DNA of 63,701 nt, the filler included, from Cercozoa sp. M6MM (taxonomy: Eukaryota; Protista; Endomyxa: Ascetosporea): NCBI GenBank assembly GCA_040357565.1. It is 10 parts of 10 records of this genome, joined end to end, with 100 filler letters (N's around TTAATTAATTAA, not from the genome) between each part and the next. Parts side by side here need not be neighbours in the genome. Positions count along the whole stretch, not along the records: positions 34,400 to 56,218 come from JBDODJ010000188.1; 9 more parts are not named here. One strand, 5' to 3'. Below are positions 34,400 to 47,900 of the stretch, piece by piece; position 1 is the stretch's first letter, and the number at the start of each line of letters is the position of its first letter. The translations under genes were made by a program, and so were the position numbers. The notes below the pieces were generated by a model. That model saw only the letters and a list, made by a program, of their open reading frames with translations, was not told the origin of the DNA and ran no database searches.

Positions 34400-36974
34400 G
34401 ATGGAGTGCGTGGCAACGTTGCCACTGGAGGGTCGCGTCGTCGACGCCGCCGCCCTGCCGGTTGACGCCTTCTGGAATGTCGCCGCTGCCTCGCTGTACG
34501 CACAGGGACAGGTACACACTGTCCGTATGACACTGTCCATATGGACGCATAAATGTCCAGTTCATTTGTACCGTACTCTGTCTGTTTTGTCAAGTAGCCG
34601 CGTCCTCTGTTGGGCCTGCATCCGCTGGCCACGCAGCATGTGCTTGAACCGGCGCGTCTCGTCGTGCTCACTGCCACTGGTGCCGTGTGCTTTGGNNNNN
34701 NNNNNNNNNNNNNNNNNNNNNNNNNNNNNNNNNNNNNNNNNNNNNNNNNNNNNNNNNNNNNNNNNNNNNNNNNNNNNNNNNNNNNNNNNNNNNNNCCGAC
34801 AGGTGTGCACGAGCTGAGTCAACTGCGGCCGTTGGACGAACTGGCGCTGCTGCTGCGTCGCTACTTGGAGCAGCTGGTATGCTTTGTTGTTGTTTTCTTT
34901 GTTGTTTTTTGTTTCTGTACATTCTTGTATTTGCGTGGTGTCCAGGCGGCGCCTGTCGCTGTCGATCGCTTTGTGAAACGTCATGGCAACGTCGAGGTAG
35001 ACGGACTTGTTGTTTACCCCCTCCCCATCTATGCCCCCGTCTTGCATAGACTTGTGCCATGCTGCTTGCACTGGCGTGCCAGGTACTTCTCTGCTGATTA
35101 CCCCCCCCCCCCACCCTTTACCCCCCCCCCCAGAGTGACAACGTGGCGGCATCCACTGCAGCCTCGCTGCAGGTACCTGTTTCAACACACACACTGGCAC
35201 TGTCTGTGTACAAACTATCTGTGTACAAATGGACCTGTGTACAAACTATCTGTGTACAAATGGACCTGTGTACAAATGGACCTGTGTACAAAATGGACCT
35301 GTGTACAATGGACGCAGGCGCAGTACAATGCGGCACAGGATGTGCTGGGTCGCGGCGAACGTGTTGACGCACGTCTGGCCGAAGCTGTAACCTATGTTGT
35401 TTTACCCCCACCTACCTCGCACACCCCTTCCCCCCCCCCCCCCCCGCAGGCACTGCAGTTCTTCGTTGCACTCGGTGCGCTCGTACTGCCTGCTGGCTCA
35501 GGTACTACCCCCTCCCCATTTACCCTTACCCGCTACCCCACCTTAGAAGCAGGACTCGGCTCGCAACAGGCCTCGTCGGCGCGGCATCAGGCGCTCGCCT
35601 TGCTGCTGGTAGTGCCTTTACCTTCTCCTACCCCCTACCCCTTACCCCCGCCCCCTGCAGGCACGTCTGTTGCGGCCGCTGTGGCGTTGGTCGCTGTTCG
35701 AGGCGAGTCCGCGCGTATGCACGCGCTTCGATGCCGACCAGTTGCGGCAGTTGTGCGCGCCGCTGGTGCGACTGCAGAAGGTCGTGCAGCGACTGGGCGA
35801 CGCACTGTACCCCGAGGTGGTCGACACGCCCGATGGGTACAGTGTCCTGTCCTTGTGTTGTAGCCATTGGCTCGGTCCATTTTGTCCCCGGTCCATTTAC
35901 TCGATCCATTTGTACCGTCCGAGTAGTACGACCGAGAGTGAAACGCAGCAGCTGCGACTCGTGGCGCAGCGCGAACGTCTCAGGTAGCCTCGTCTTCGGG
36001 GGGCAAGGGGTGTATGAACCGTGTGCACGTGTGTGCAGTATCGAGGCTTTGCTGCGTCTGCTCGCGCGTTCAATCGAGGTATGTTTCGACCCTGTATATA
36101 TGTATATGTATGTATATATACATGTGTATATATCCATATATATATATACGTGTATATGTTTATATGTTTATATGTGTGTTGACACAACTGGACAGGCGTG
36201 TCGCGTGATGGAAGCCTTCGCGCAATACGACGACGCAACGCGCGAGTACATCAACAAGACTATGAGGTACCTCCCCCATCCCTACCCCTACCCCATCCCT
36301 ACCCCTACCCCATCCTAACGCCCTTCGCGCAGTGCGGAAGACCGCGTGCAGTTGTTGCGACTGCAGTTCTGCCACGTCGTCACTGCAGTAACTTTACCTC
36401 CACCCCTACCCTACCCTCTTTCCCCCCCCCCCCCCCCCATAGGAGGAAGGTGAGAAGTCGCTGCGACAGGCAATTTTGGGCGTGTTCCAGACGCGCGATT
36501 TGACGGCGTCAGTCGAGGCACGTCGCCAGTTGGCGCAGCTGCACCAGGTACACTCCCAGTCTTACCCAGGCCTGTGTATATATGTATCTCTACATATGTA
36601 TGTGCACATGTGTACTTGTGTAGGTGTACATATGTACTTGCGTATTGTGTGTGTACATGTGCACATGTGTGAACAGGCCTGTCCATCCTTCCTGGGCGCG
36701 GACGATGTGCTGCTGCTGCAGGCGCGGCAGCGACTGGCCGACGCGGCGCTGCTGCGTGCCGACGACCGCCGTGCCGCTCTGTGAGTCTGCCCTACTCTGT
36801 CTGTAGGCATGTGTGCATGCATGTGTGTATGCATGTCTGCATATCTGTGTGTCTGTAAGTGTATGTATATTAATGTATACTTATTGTGTGTGTGTGGATG
36901 CAGACAAGCCGCCTTGCGTCGCTACCTGCGTGCCGTGCAGCACAGGTACCTTTAGCACAGTCTACATATCCACA

Positions 36975-37005
<31 letters not shown>

Positions 37006-37856
37006 GTGCGTGTGTGTGTATGTACGTACGTGTGTGTAGTGGTGCACGCGTGGATTTGTTCCCGCTGGAGCGTGTGACTGGCGAGCTGCTCGACGCTGGT
37101 AGCCTTGTCCACAGGAAGGGTAAAGCGTGGGGGGTAAAGGACTGTGTTGGCGCAGAGTACTACTCGGGCGCCATGCACGTGATCCGCCGCGTGCTGCACC
37201 AGCTGCAGCAGCAGCAGCAGCAGCAGCACGCGCGCAGCGATACCGTCATTGGCGCCGGCGATCAGTCGCACGTGGGCGCACCGTCGTCGCTCGAGTCGCG
37301 CACTGTCGGTGACACTGGCAGTGTGACACGTGTCAGTGGTGGCGGCAGTGTGACACGTGGCCACGTGGACCCCTCGGCCACTGCTCTGCTGGACGCCGGC
37401 ATGTCCTTCTCTGCCTCGGCACTTAACACCACTTACGGTACGCACATTCTTTGGTTTCGTTAAGGCTGCGTCCTGTCTGTCTCTTAAGGCTGCGTTATGC
37501 TTCGTGTGCAGAGACTGACGCGTTCAACGCGCAGTTGCGACAGCTCTCGGGCGACGAACTGGCCAAGTACCAACCTTTACCCCCCCCCCCCCCCACCCAA
37601 ACACACCAACACCATCTTTACGCCCCCTCCCCACCCCCTCTATACCCCCCCCCCCCCAGGTGTCAGACGCGCGCGCTGCAGCAAGTGCGTCGCGTCGTGG
37701 CTGCCGTGTGCACGCCGCCCACCGACAATGGCGGTACGGCCTTGTGTCCAGGTGGACGAGTGCATGTACGTCTGTGTGTCCATATGGACGGTACTTGTCT
37801 GGTAGAGATCGGTCTCGTCGCTGCGGCTGCTGCCTCCGACGATGATGGTGCCTGCT

Positions 37857-37910
<54 letters not shown>

Positions 37911-38985
37911 CTTCTTTTACCCCCATGTGCGTCTGTAGGCGCCACGGAGCGTGTCGAAGCGATCCGCGTCGCGCTGGCGTCGCCGTCGGTCGCCCTGCAT
38001 GCCGTACACTGTCCTGTCCATTTGTACATGTCCATGTGTACCCCATGTATGTGTCAATTTGTACCCGTATACATGTACGCAGTGCGTGTATGAGTGGTTC
38101 CTGGCACGCGACGCGTGTGCAGAGCTCTTCTCACTGCGTCCTCCCTTCCTGGTACACTCTTACCCTTGCCCCTACCCTCTTGCTCCTACCCTCTTGCACC
38201 TACCTTTACCCCTACCCTTGTCTTTTCATTTACCCCCCCCCCCCCCCCCCTGTGGCACAGGAGAAGCACTTGCGTCTGCAGCACGCGCCGCGACACTGGA
38301 ACGTGCTGGTGCAGTACTACTTGGGCACGTCGACAGTACATCCGTTGTCGGTAGGCCTAGCCTGCCCCCCCCCCCCTCTTATCTAATTGACCCCACTCCT
38401 GTGCTGCAGAAACACACGACGCAGGCGACGCCGATGGCGCAGCCGGCACATGCGGCGATGCTGCTGCGGCACATGGCGCTGCGCGACGACATGGACCTGC
38501 TGCTGCAGCAGGTGCACCGCGAGGACGACCCGTCCGACACGGTCGGCGCCACGCGACGCTTCTATGGACTCCAGCAGCGCCTGCAGCACCTGTACCTCAC
38601 TTCATTTGTACCCGTGTACATTCTGTAGCCATGAGTACATATGTCCATGTATATTAGTGCCCATGTGTACCAATGTACATTTGTAACCATGTGTATACCT
38701 GAATCTGTACGACAGGTCGCTTGCGGTGACGTGTGCGCGATCGGCTCTCCACGTGCGTGCCCGTTCTTCCGGGTACACACGTACACATGGGGTAGGGGGT
38801 AAGTAGGTAGCACATGGGTGGTACAACCGCGTAGCTCGGAGGCCACCGCTTTTGTCGACTCGCTGTCGGCTGCTGGTATGTCTCTNNNNNNNNNNNNNNN
38901 NNNNNNNNNNNNNNNNNNNNNNNNNNNNNNNNNNNNNNNNNNNNNNNNNNNNNNNNNNNNNNNNNNNNNNNNNNNNNNNNNNNNN

Positions 38986-39032
<47 letters not shown>

Positions 39033-40778
39033 TCATGTGTATTCATGTGTATTCATGTGTATTCATGTGTATTCATGTGTATTCATGTGTATTCATGTGT
39101 ATTCATGTGTATTCATGTGTACTCATGTGTATGTATTGATGTACAGGTGTGTATGCATGTATATATGTGTGTACTATCTATGTGTGTACATGTTCGTATG
39201 CGTTTATGTCAGCTCATGTTTCAGAGGACGCAGTGCACGAGACTCCGTTCGGTCGTTTGGACAAGTCCGTCCTTGTCGAGTTGGAGGACCGTCTGGTGCG
39301 TTCTTACCCTTCCTCCCTTGCCCCTTTACCCCCCCCCCCCTGCAGGCACTGGCGCGTCTGCAGTCGCACGTGGCGCAGCAGTTGCACGCGGCCCCGCTGC
39401 CGCCGGTGGCTGCGTCGGCTCAGTCCGAGGGCGAGCGCTCTGCGGTACCCCTCTGTCCCGTCCATCTGTACCAACATGAGTGTTTGTGTCCGTATGGACA
39501 CGGTACATGGCACGGTACATATGTACACACGTGGTCAGGCACTGGCACTGGCCAGAAGGCAGCGCGACGACTTGCTGGAGCAGTTGGAGGCGCGTATCTT
39601 TGGCATTGACCGTCTGTTCGAGCTGTGCGCGCAGTACCATCTGTACACGGCCGCCCTGTCGTGCCTGTAGTGCCACCTTTGGTCCTCCTTAAGTGTAGTA
39701 CACTATCCTCTCTGTGTAGCCACTGTGCCTCGTCGAACGACACACTCAGTGCCATGGGTACACCTTCCTGTCCTACTGTGTCTCAGCCTCCTCCCCCGTC
39801 TGTACAAATGAATTACAGGCGAATCACAAGGCAGCGTCCGTACGCTGGCAGAGTCGGTACCGCACATATGGACAGGAGTACAAATGGACACTCCATGTTT
39901 ACACTTGTAGGTGTACGAACGCATCTTCGGGCAGCTGCTAGAGGAAGCTGGCACCGATGGGTACGTGCTTTGACTTTCCTGCCTGTCCTGCCCCTTCCCC
40001 CGTTGGATTCTCTCTGTCCTGCTTAGTGTAACACCGGAGGCAAGATGGACACGTCTGCGTCACCTGGTACCTTACCCCTTCCCTCCCCCCGGTATACACC
40101 GAGTGGTATATGTTTGTGTGTGCAGTTGGAAGTGCGAGTGCGCCAGTTGGCGGCGCAGTTCGCCGACTCGCCCGTCGTGTTCCCGCTTGGTATGTCTGTC
40201 CTGCCCTGGCCCTGTCCTTGTCCCTGTCCCTGTCCTTGTCCCTGTCCCTCTTTGCCTTGGCATAAGACAACCCTGGCCCTTGCTTCCTCTGTGTGCAGAG
40301 TATCTCGCACAGAAACTTGAGGAGATCAACTTCCAGCACTGCGCTCATCCGCGGTATGTCTTGTTCCAGTCTGCTGGTACTGATCACTGAGCCTGCTCTT
40401 TCCTGCTGGGCAGATCGGACTTTGCGGCGCCTTTGTTGGTCGACGTTGGCGCACCGTTGCCTGCGCTGCTGTATTCCTCTTCCACCTCTCCCTGCCTGTG
40501 CATATGGATGTCTGTGCGTGTGTATGTAGGCACGCCTACGAGACAGTGTGCGCACGTGCTCTGGCCGCACAGCCTGCCGACGGTGCCTTCTTCTTCTTAT
40601 ACACAACCACACCGTGTGAATGTGAACATTATGTCTCTGCGCAGAGGTGCTGACGCCCGAGGCGATTCCGTCGGACTTTGCGCGACTCTGCGTCGAGGCC
40701 GCTGCGCGATTGCTGGAACACGCGGCTCACCAGGTACCTCGCGTACATATACGCATGCTGCACATTGCCGTGTGTGTG

Positions 40779-40813
<35 letters not shown>

Positions 40814-41389
40814 TGGACTGGCACAATGGTGTGAAATGTTGCAGGCACCGGCCAGTGACCTGGAGGACACCACAGGCGGTGGCGACAAGGTATGCAGATC
40901 TGCGAACTGATTCGTGCTATCCTGGAGTATTTGTGTGTGTATACAGGTGCGTCAAAACGCCCTCTCCCTCGCTGACTCCATCCTGGTATTTCGGTGCACG
41001 TGTGTTTTGGTTTATCAGCCAGTGTCGTCTGTTGACGTTCGTGTGAACGCACAGGTTCCGCTGCGTGCGGCCGGTAACCTCGACGACGAAACGCGCGCAC
41101 TCATGCTGCGCATCTCGGTGCGTTTGTTTGTCTAATGATTGTACGGGTTTGCATTGGTCTATGTCAGCAGGCGGCACGCCGTGCGCTGAGTGCCGCGTCC
41201 GATGGTGCGCCTTTATTGTTGACGGCACCGGTGGCTTCGTCTGTCAGCGTAAGTAGTATCGGTGGCAGCAACACCTCCGCTTTCGCCGCTCATGCTGGTA
41301 TCCTTGCACTTCTTGTACATATATATATATATATATATATTTTTTCCTTCATGTGGTTAGGTGAGCAACGCGCGTCACTCACGTGGTGA
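34400..41389 (+). CDS. NUP155: Nucleoporin Nup155/Nup170, 5' truncated, very many small exons
   Basis: LATQHVLEPARLVVLTATG-VHELSQLRPLDEL, TCAMLLALAC, SARHQALALLL-ARLLRPLW, CPSFLGADD, VYEWFL..LFSLRPPFL-EKHL, FPLEYLAQKLEE. Confidence 0.9.
35173..35317 (+). repeat. Intron built of 16-bp minisatellite (CTGTGTACAAATGGAC)n
   Basis: About 7 copies, some with the variant AACTAT. Confidence 0.9.
39026..39130. repeat. (GTGTATTCAT)n 10-bp minisatellite in NUP155 intron
   Basis: About 10 near-perfect copies. Confidence 0.95.
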
Positions 41390-41994
41390 GCGTCTCTGCA
41401 TGTCAATACGCTTGTGATACCGCAATCCAATCAAAAAGCGCGAAGTCAACCGTGTCGAGTTAGGACGTGATCGGCGTCGCATCAGCCGTACAAGGATTAA
41501 CGTAATATTTCGTGCCGTTCGTGCTCGGCTGTCGCTATCGTATGGCGTGTATTGTCGCGTTATCTTTCGGTCAGTTGCGTTGGTTAGTTCGTTAAACGAT
41601 ATTCGCTCGAGCTCGCGTCGGCTGTGAGCGAAGTTGGCGTTCCCTGGGCGACGGAGATGGACCGGACGGAGCTCCGCCCGTCTGCAACAGGCCGGGCCGG
41701 GATGCCCTGGCCCCGTGCTTAGCAAGCCAACTGAAGCGAAGTTGCGTTTCAAAGTACACGGTGCAGTCAGCGCCGCAGGACTGCACCGAACGGAACAGAA
41801 AATGCCAGCGCAGTGCGCACAGATCTTGAATGTGAAATGAAAGTCTAGCCGTGGCTGGAACAAATCTCGCGATGCCGGCGTGGAAGTCGCACACTTGGGT
41901 GTGCCACGGTAATAGTACTGGTAACTAAAACAGTAAGAGCGTCTACTGGCAGGCACTGGTACAGTAGGCGTAAAGGTGAGTCCAGGGGCAAGTT

Positions 41995-44900
41995 TTACTT
42001 GGCCATGACCTGAGTCAAGCTTAACAACCAAACCACGACTTTACCATTTCGTAGTGAGCTTTGATGCCCTCATAGGCCCCATACAATAGCGTTAGCTGCT
42101 CCGACAGAAACACTGCTGCGAAGGAGCCCATGCCAATCCTGTAGCAGCAACACACGACACCTTGAGCAAGATACTCACACCAAGCACCCCGTAGACTGAA
42201 GATACGCAAGCGGCTCGTTGGCGAAAGCTTCTTGTGCGTCAGCCGTGGCAGTCGCTGTAACCCACTTACTGGATTGCGTGCGTGTGCCGTTGTAGCCTTC
42301 GAAGGGGACCAGCGGCGTCCCAGTGCCGCAAAGTGACGATACCATTGGAGGACGTGGATCTTCCACTTCTTGCTCATTCGTCAGGTCAAACTTTAAAGGG
42401 CAACTGTTGGGGATGAGTATGGTGTAGTTTAAATTAATCGTGAGTGAGTACACAAGGACCTGGCTAGCCTACTGTACCTTCATAGCGAACGCGAGAATAA
42501 GATACGAACTGAGTATGCCCCAGACCAGAATCCACACGAGTCCTGCTATCCTCGGACGGACGCCCCAGCGGATTTCGTGCTTGTGTCGTGCAGAAAGGCT
42601 TCGCATATACGCAGTAGGTTACATACACACGACAACATTAAGAAAATGCAGAGTACTATTCAGCTTGCGGGTCATAGACCTCGTACGTGCTGCGAAGACG
42701 ACGGATTCGCACACGTTCACGGTAGCCACGGCGGTGTCGGCGCCCAGCAAGCGGTTCCAGTTCCAGCACGGAGAGCCGTACTTGCTCTTTGCTACGAGTC
42801 TCTCGCGGATGACTGCGAGAGCGGCGTCGTTCCATGCTGAGACGACTCTTGATGGCACGCTTGCGCCATCGACGTTGCTGTCGCTGCTCGCGTGTAAGCC
42901 GGTCGATCTTGATTTCGCCACTTGGAGTTATTCGCACGGGGCTAACTTTGACGTTAATGCGACTAACTGCGTCAGCTTCATCTTCGGGACTGCCTGCTTC
43001 GTTCTCACTTTCATAGTCTTTTCTTTCTGCTTCTTCCTCTTTCTCGTCGGTGAAGTCGGTAGTGTTGCGGAGCTTTCGCTCCTTCTCCTCGCAGATAGGT
43101 TCCGACGATGGAAGTTGCCTGTGAGGAACCACTCTGACCTTGCGGCGCGACCAGTAGCGTGCGAGAAAGTTACGCTTGCGAGGAGCGGACAGGTGTTCTT
43201 CTGATTCAACCGACGAGAACGAGTGAGTAAGTGTTTGTGCAGGACGCGTTGGGTGGTCAGGTGGCAGCGCAGGTTGCACGTCTTCCGCTGGTCGACGTAG
43301 CGCCGGCCATGGCCACGAGTAGCGTCGGTTCCGATCAGGATCCGGCACATCCCATACCTAAAATAATCGCAAAGTCGTAAATCGGCTTCATGAAAGGTTT
43401 AAGATCACACCAGCGGCCGTATGTAGCCATAGTGAATCGAGTGCTTGAGAAGGAGGGTCGCAATGAATGTAGGCACGAGCGATGCGAAGGCTGTGATCAC
43501 CCCGACGGTTATTTCGCTTTCAGTGGTCTGATCTTGTCCCTATGTGATTTACAGATATGTTTCTGCAGGTTGAACAATCAAGTCACTGCAGCGAGTGCGG
43601 CTATGTGGCAACGGTACAAAGAAGAAGCCGGACACCATGAGTGCCGTGATGAGAAACACGAACAGACATAGCAGGCGGTCCACCGAAGTGAAGGTCGCGC
43701 AGCGATCGCGACCAAACAGAGCGAAAAAGATGTGTTCGGTCACAAGACGCCTGCCAAACAGCTTGACAAACTTCCAGTGTCTGGGACTGTTCTCGTGGAG
43801 TATCTCCTCCTCCTCCTCCTCTGTTGTTTTGTGATTCTTCAGGTCTATCGTCGTTGGCGCACGATAGCGACGATCGTACAGGCAGCATAGAAACAGCATC
43901 AGTAACATGGCCGAGTAGAAGATAATGAGTGCATTGAGGCCAATCGGGTGCCGCTTGATGTTGTCTGGAGTCAATGCGGCCAAATCTTTCAGCGTGATCA
44001 CATTTACCGAAGGTATGAAGCGTTCCAGCACGCTCGTGAACTGACTCAGGTGCGAGCAGCGACAAACCGCCGTTGTCGCGTTGAACGAGTCCAGATAGCA
44101 GCCCTCCGTAGACCACGATGCTGTGCTTGCAACCCAGTACCGGCACTGCGGTAGTGTGACCATGCCAACTTCAGCGGCGGTAGTCGTGTTCTGCGAAGTT
44201 TGTCGCACCACGTCAGTAGAAAACGACGTGTTGCCTACCGCGTTTGAGTCGAGTGGGAAACTCAACGTAACACTCGTGCCTTTGCCCTCGCATATGTTGC
44301 GCTTCTCAGTGACGAATAGTGCATTATCCGCCAGCAGAACGATGTTGTCTCGTCGCGCAATGTTCTTGATTGTACTGTCGGTGGGAGCGCCCACTTTAAC
44401 AGAAAGAACCCGCGCTGCCACAGTGACGTTGACATCAGACTGCTGGGGTATGAGTTCGCCTACCTGGACAGCTACATCGGCTATCGCAGATTCGCCAAGT
44501 TGCAAAGAGCCGCTTGGCAGCAGAGTCACAGAGTCGGACTTGGCACGAAGCGACACCGCAGTCTCCGCTTCCACTTGGAGCCGTGAGGCACGCACCCACA
44601 AGTTCTCTCGTTGGAATTCGCGAGGTGCCTCGTTCGGGAGTGTGCATCGCAGCAGCGCTTCGCTTCCCGAGTCAAGCAGACCCACAAGGTTGTTGCCGGT
44701 ATCCAACGTGGACGAGCTGAAATTACGCGAGCGTACAATGCCTTGGAGAGATGAAGCGACGTTCATTATGTCCTCAAACAGCGAGCTGTCAAACTCTTGT
44801 TCGCAATCGTCACCCAACGCACTCAGCGACTGAGCAACGGTACTACTTACAAGCTGCGAGGCTCGCTGTGCCAGATCAGTCGATACCGACTCGTTGTCAG

Positions 44901-47900
44901 CAAGGATTTTGGCCGAGATTGAAACCACGCTATTCTGGACAAACTCGCTCTGTTCCGACACCGAGGCCACTTCTTCGAGACCGTCAAAGAGAGCAATTCT
45001 CATATCGGTGGTGTTTTCGCCTTCCAAAGTCTCCAGGAATGACGCTGTGGCCGATACAACCTGCGTCGCCGCCAGCAAGTCTCTGAATATGCACCGCATG
45101 CAATCTGACAAAATGCACTGTATGTCAAGATACGGTACCCTTCATCTAAGTTGTCTTGCAATCGGCCGCTGATGACGTTTTCGATCAGTTCTGAAACGTC
45201 TGTGTCGGAGCTGGGCAGAACAAGGTCTATCTCCAGTCCTTCCGTAAATGTTGTTGTTGCACCAAACTTGTCTTTGATCTTGACGGCAAATGAGAGTGTG
45301 CCGACTGGTCCGTACTCACGTAGGACGTAGCGACTTGATGTTGACCACTCCGAGAGTTGGAAAGCTGCCAAATTGCTGCTCATTGCTGCGGTTGTGTCAA
45401 AAACAGCATATTGGATTGGCCAGTCGTCGGGGTCATCCACGAATCCAGAGCAGTCGAAGGTGAACGCAGTCTCAAACACGATACCTTCCAACGGGCTGAC
45501 CGTGCAGCTGCCCCGGGAGGGAGGAAAGTTCACGTTGATGGAGAGGCTTGACAAACCTGTGGCGTCTTTCGGCCATTTGTCTCCATATCGCGCTTGCACC
45601 CCTGTGTCGACGGCTTCGAGTACAACTACGAAGGACGACACATTGCTTGGAAGGGAGTTGGCCTGGAAAACCAAATCGGTGGATGTTGTTATGTTCGTGA
45701 GCATCAGCGTGGGCCGCAGTAGCTCTGGATAGTTTGAACTCCATCTGTGTACGTAGTTCTCGCTGCTGTGACTGATACTTCCTCGAATTCTCAGTGGCTT
45801 TGACGGATCTGCTCTCCCCGTGTACATTGCGAAAACTTTTACGACAGGCATGGGAAATCCAGACGTTGGCTCCGTAATGTTTACGAGCACGTGACCTACC
45901 GCATCGGAGCTAAGCGAGTACTTCTCCGGCACGTTGAGGTGTGCTGCTGCTTCAACTCGAACAATGCCTGTTTTCAACTCTGAAAGTCTCACTCCCGTGA
46001 GCACGGCAGACTTCTTGTCGCCGGATGCCCATGTGTCTTTACAAGGAACTCTGCTGTCATTCGCACTGATACGCCAGCAACTCCACGCGATATTGAGCAC
46101 ATCTTTGACTTCGTCTGAAAGGTAGACAAAGTCCGCTGCATACAGCGACTCCACCTTGCACACCGAGGAAATGCAGCCGACTATCCTTCGTGCCATTACC
46201 GAGTTTGGCTGCATCGGAAGGTACCCTAAAAGACGACACCACGTTGACTGTATTCAGATAATAGTTTTCAAGAGGACCTGAAGACAAGGTAATTATACCT
46301 CCATGCACTGTGATTGAATCTGTCGCCGATTCTAACAATACCAGTGTTTTTGGGTCGAGGAGTCGGGCGGTTACTTGCAACATGTACGATACACCAGGTT
46401 GAATTGTTCGTGAGGCGAATCGAAGGATCTTCGAGGACAGTTGCCCCTCAGTGAACGACTCCTGCACTTCCGACACTTTCTGCGTTGTACTATCAAAAAT
46501 TACCCATTCGACTTCAAGGCGAGTGTCATTGCCTCCTGGAATGCACGCGATTTTCTCGGCACCGGCTGCCACCTCGAACGGACGGTCAAAACGTTCCAAG
46601 CGCTCGCGATACCCGCGAATTGACAGGTAAGGAACAGTGACAGCGCTTGTCTTGTCGACTACAAAGCTGGTAGTGCCGCGACCACCAAGCCAGTTGGACG
46701 TTACCAAAGTGAAGTTGAGTCGTGCAAAGTTTGGAATGTCACTGTAGAGAAATGATATGGCGCTGCTTGTGTTTTGCACTGCCAAAACCGCCGCAAGGTG
46801 TTGTTTCTCATCGTCGGACGCTGGGGTCAAGAAGGAAATGCTCCAGCCATACTCCAAGTCTTTGCCCATGCCGCCGCTGCTTGAGGTGATGTACAGAGTC
46901 AAGTTTGAGCAAAGCGCAAGCTCGACCGGTCCTTCGACACTGGATTGAGGATGCGCCAAAGACTCCTCCGATACTGACACACTTGCTGAAACGGCGTCTT
47001 CAAAATAGCTGTAGCGTGACACCGGAACTGTCCAGTCAGCGAGACCGCGATTGAAACGAATCGTATCTCCGAGCTTGAGTGCGTAGTCATCATTTGACGA
47101 CGTTACGCTGATTTTCAACAAGTTCCGCAATGGCCAAATGCATACGGGAGGGGAAAACTGCCCCAACAACGCAAGGGATTGTTCCTCCAGGACAATGCTG
47201 CAGTTGAACTCTCGTTGTAGAACAAGTGAGTCAGAACCCAGGTTGGTGGAAGCGTTGAACGTGACCAAGATGTCGACGCCCGATCGCTGCATTTGCGCTG
47301 TCGCAGACAGGCCAGATTTGGTTTGTTTTGGCTTGTAATTCGGGTAGGCGAACATGGCGCAGTTTGAGCTCGTCAATACATCGCAGTGCTGCACCAGTTC
47401 GATGTCAGTCTCCAAGTTGCACGTTTGCAGCAGCAATTGACAGTCGCTTTTGCACTGAGTCATGTCAACTGTTTTTTCGCAGAGTCCGATAGTACTTGCG
47501 CAGACAAAGTCTTGAACTCCGTCTTGACAGAAACCGCGTTGTTTTTCGTTTGTGAAGTCAACATTTCGCAGAGTTTGCGCTATCTTCTCGAACAATGCAT
47601 GCCCTACAAACAAGGCGTCACAGTTTGTGCTGTTTTCAGTTCCGAGAACGCACTGCGCCGTCGAGTTTGCATTCATGTCGACGTTTGCGCTGCATTCCCT
47701 GAAACACGAAATTTGGCAACACCAGGTTATCCTTGCGTACAATGACAATTTACCTTTGACCAACTACATCGTTAGAGGGAAACTTGCGAAAGGTGTTGTC
47801 GCAAAAACTCATCAACGAGCAGTGTTGAGTCGAGCAACGCGAGGTATGCTCGAACGACTCCTTGTCAACAACCTTCGCAAGGGAAGAGTCCAGTAGCGAA

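Noticed and set aside
39026-39130. Tandem arrays as CRISPR-like repeats
   Set aside because: No unique spacers, they lie in spliceosomal introns, and no cas genes are present.
41375-42031. 218-aa minus-strand ORF as an independent gene
   Set aside because: Non-ATG start, no recognisable motif, and it overlaps the ends of both flanking genes.
42656-42660. In-frame TAG in the polycystin-like gene suggesting stop-codon reassignment
   Set aside because: It is TA|GT at a donor and splices to TAC (Tyr). The other apparent internal stops I checked also fall in GT-AG introns, so there is no evidence for a variant code.
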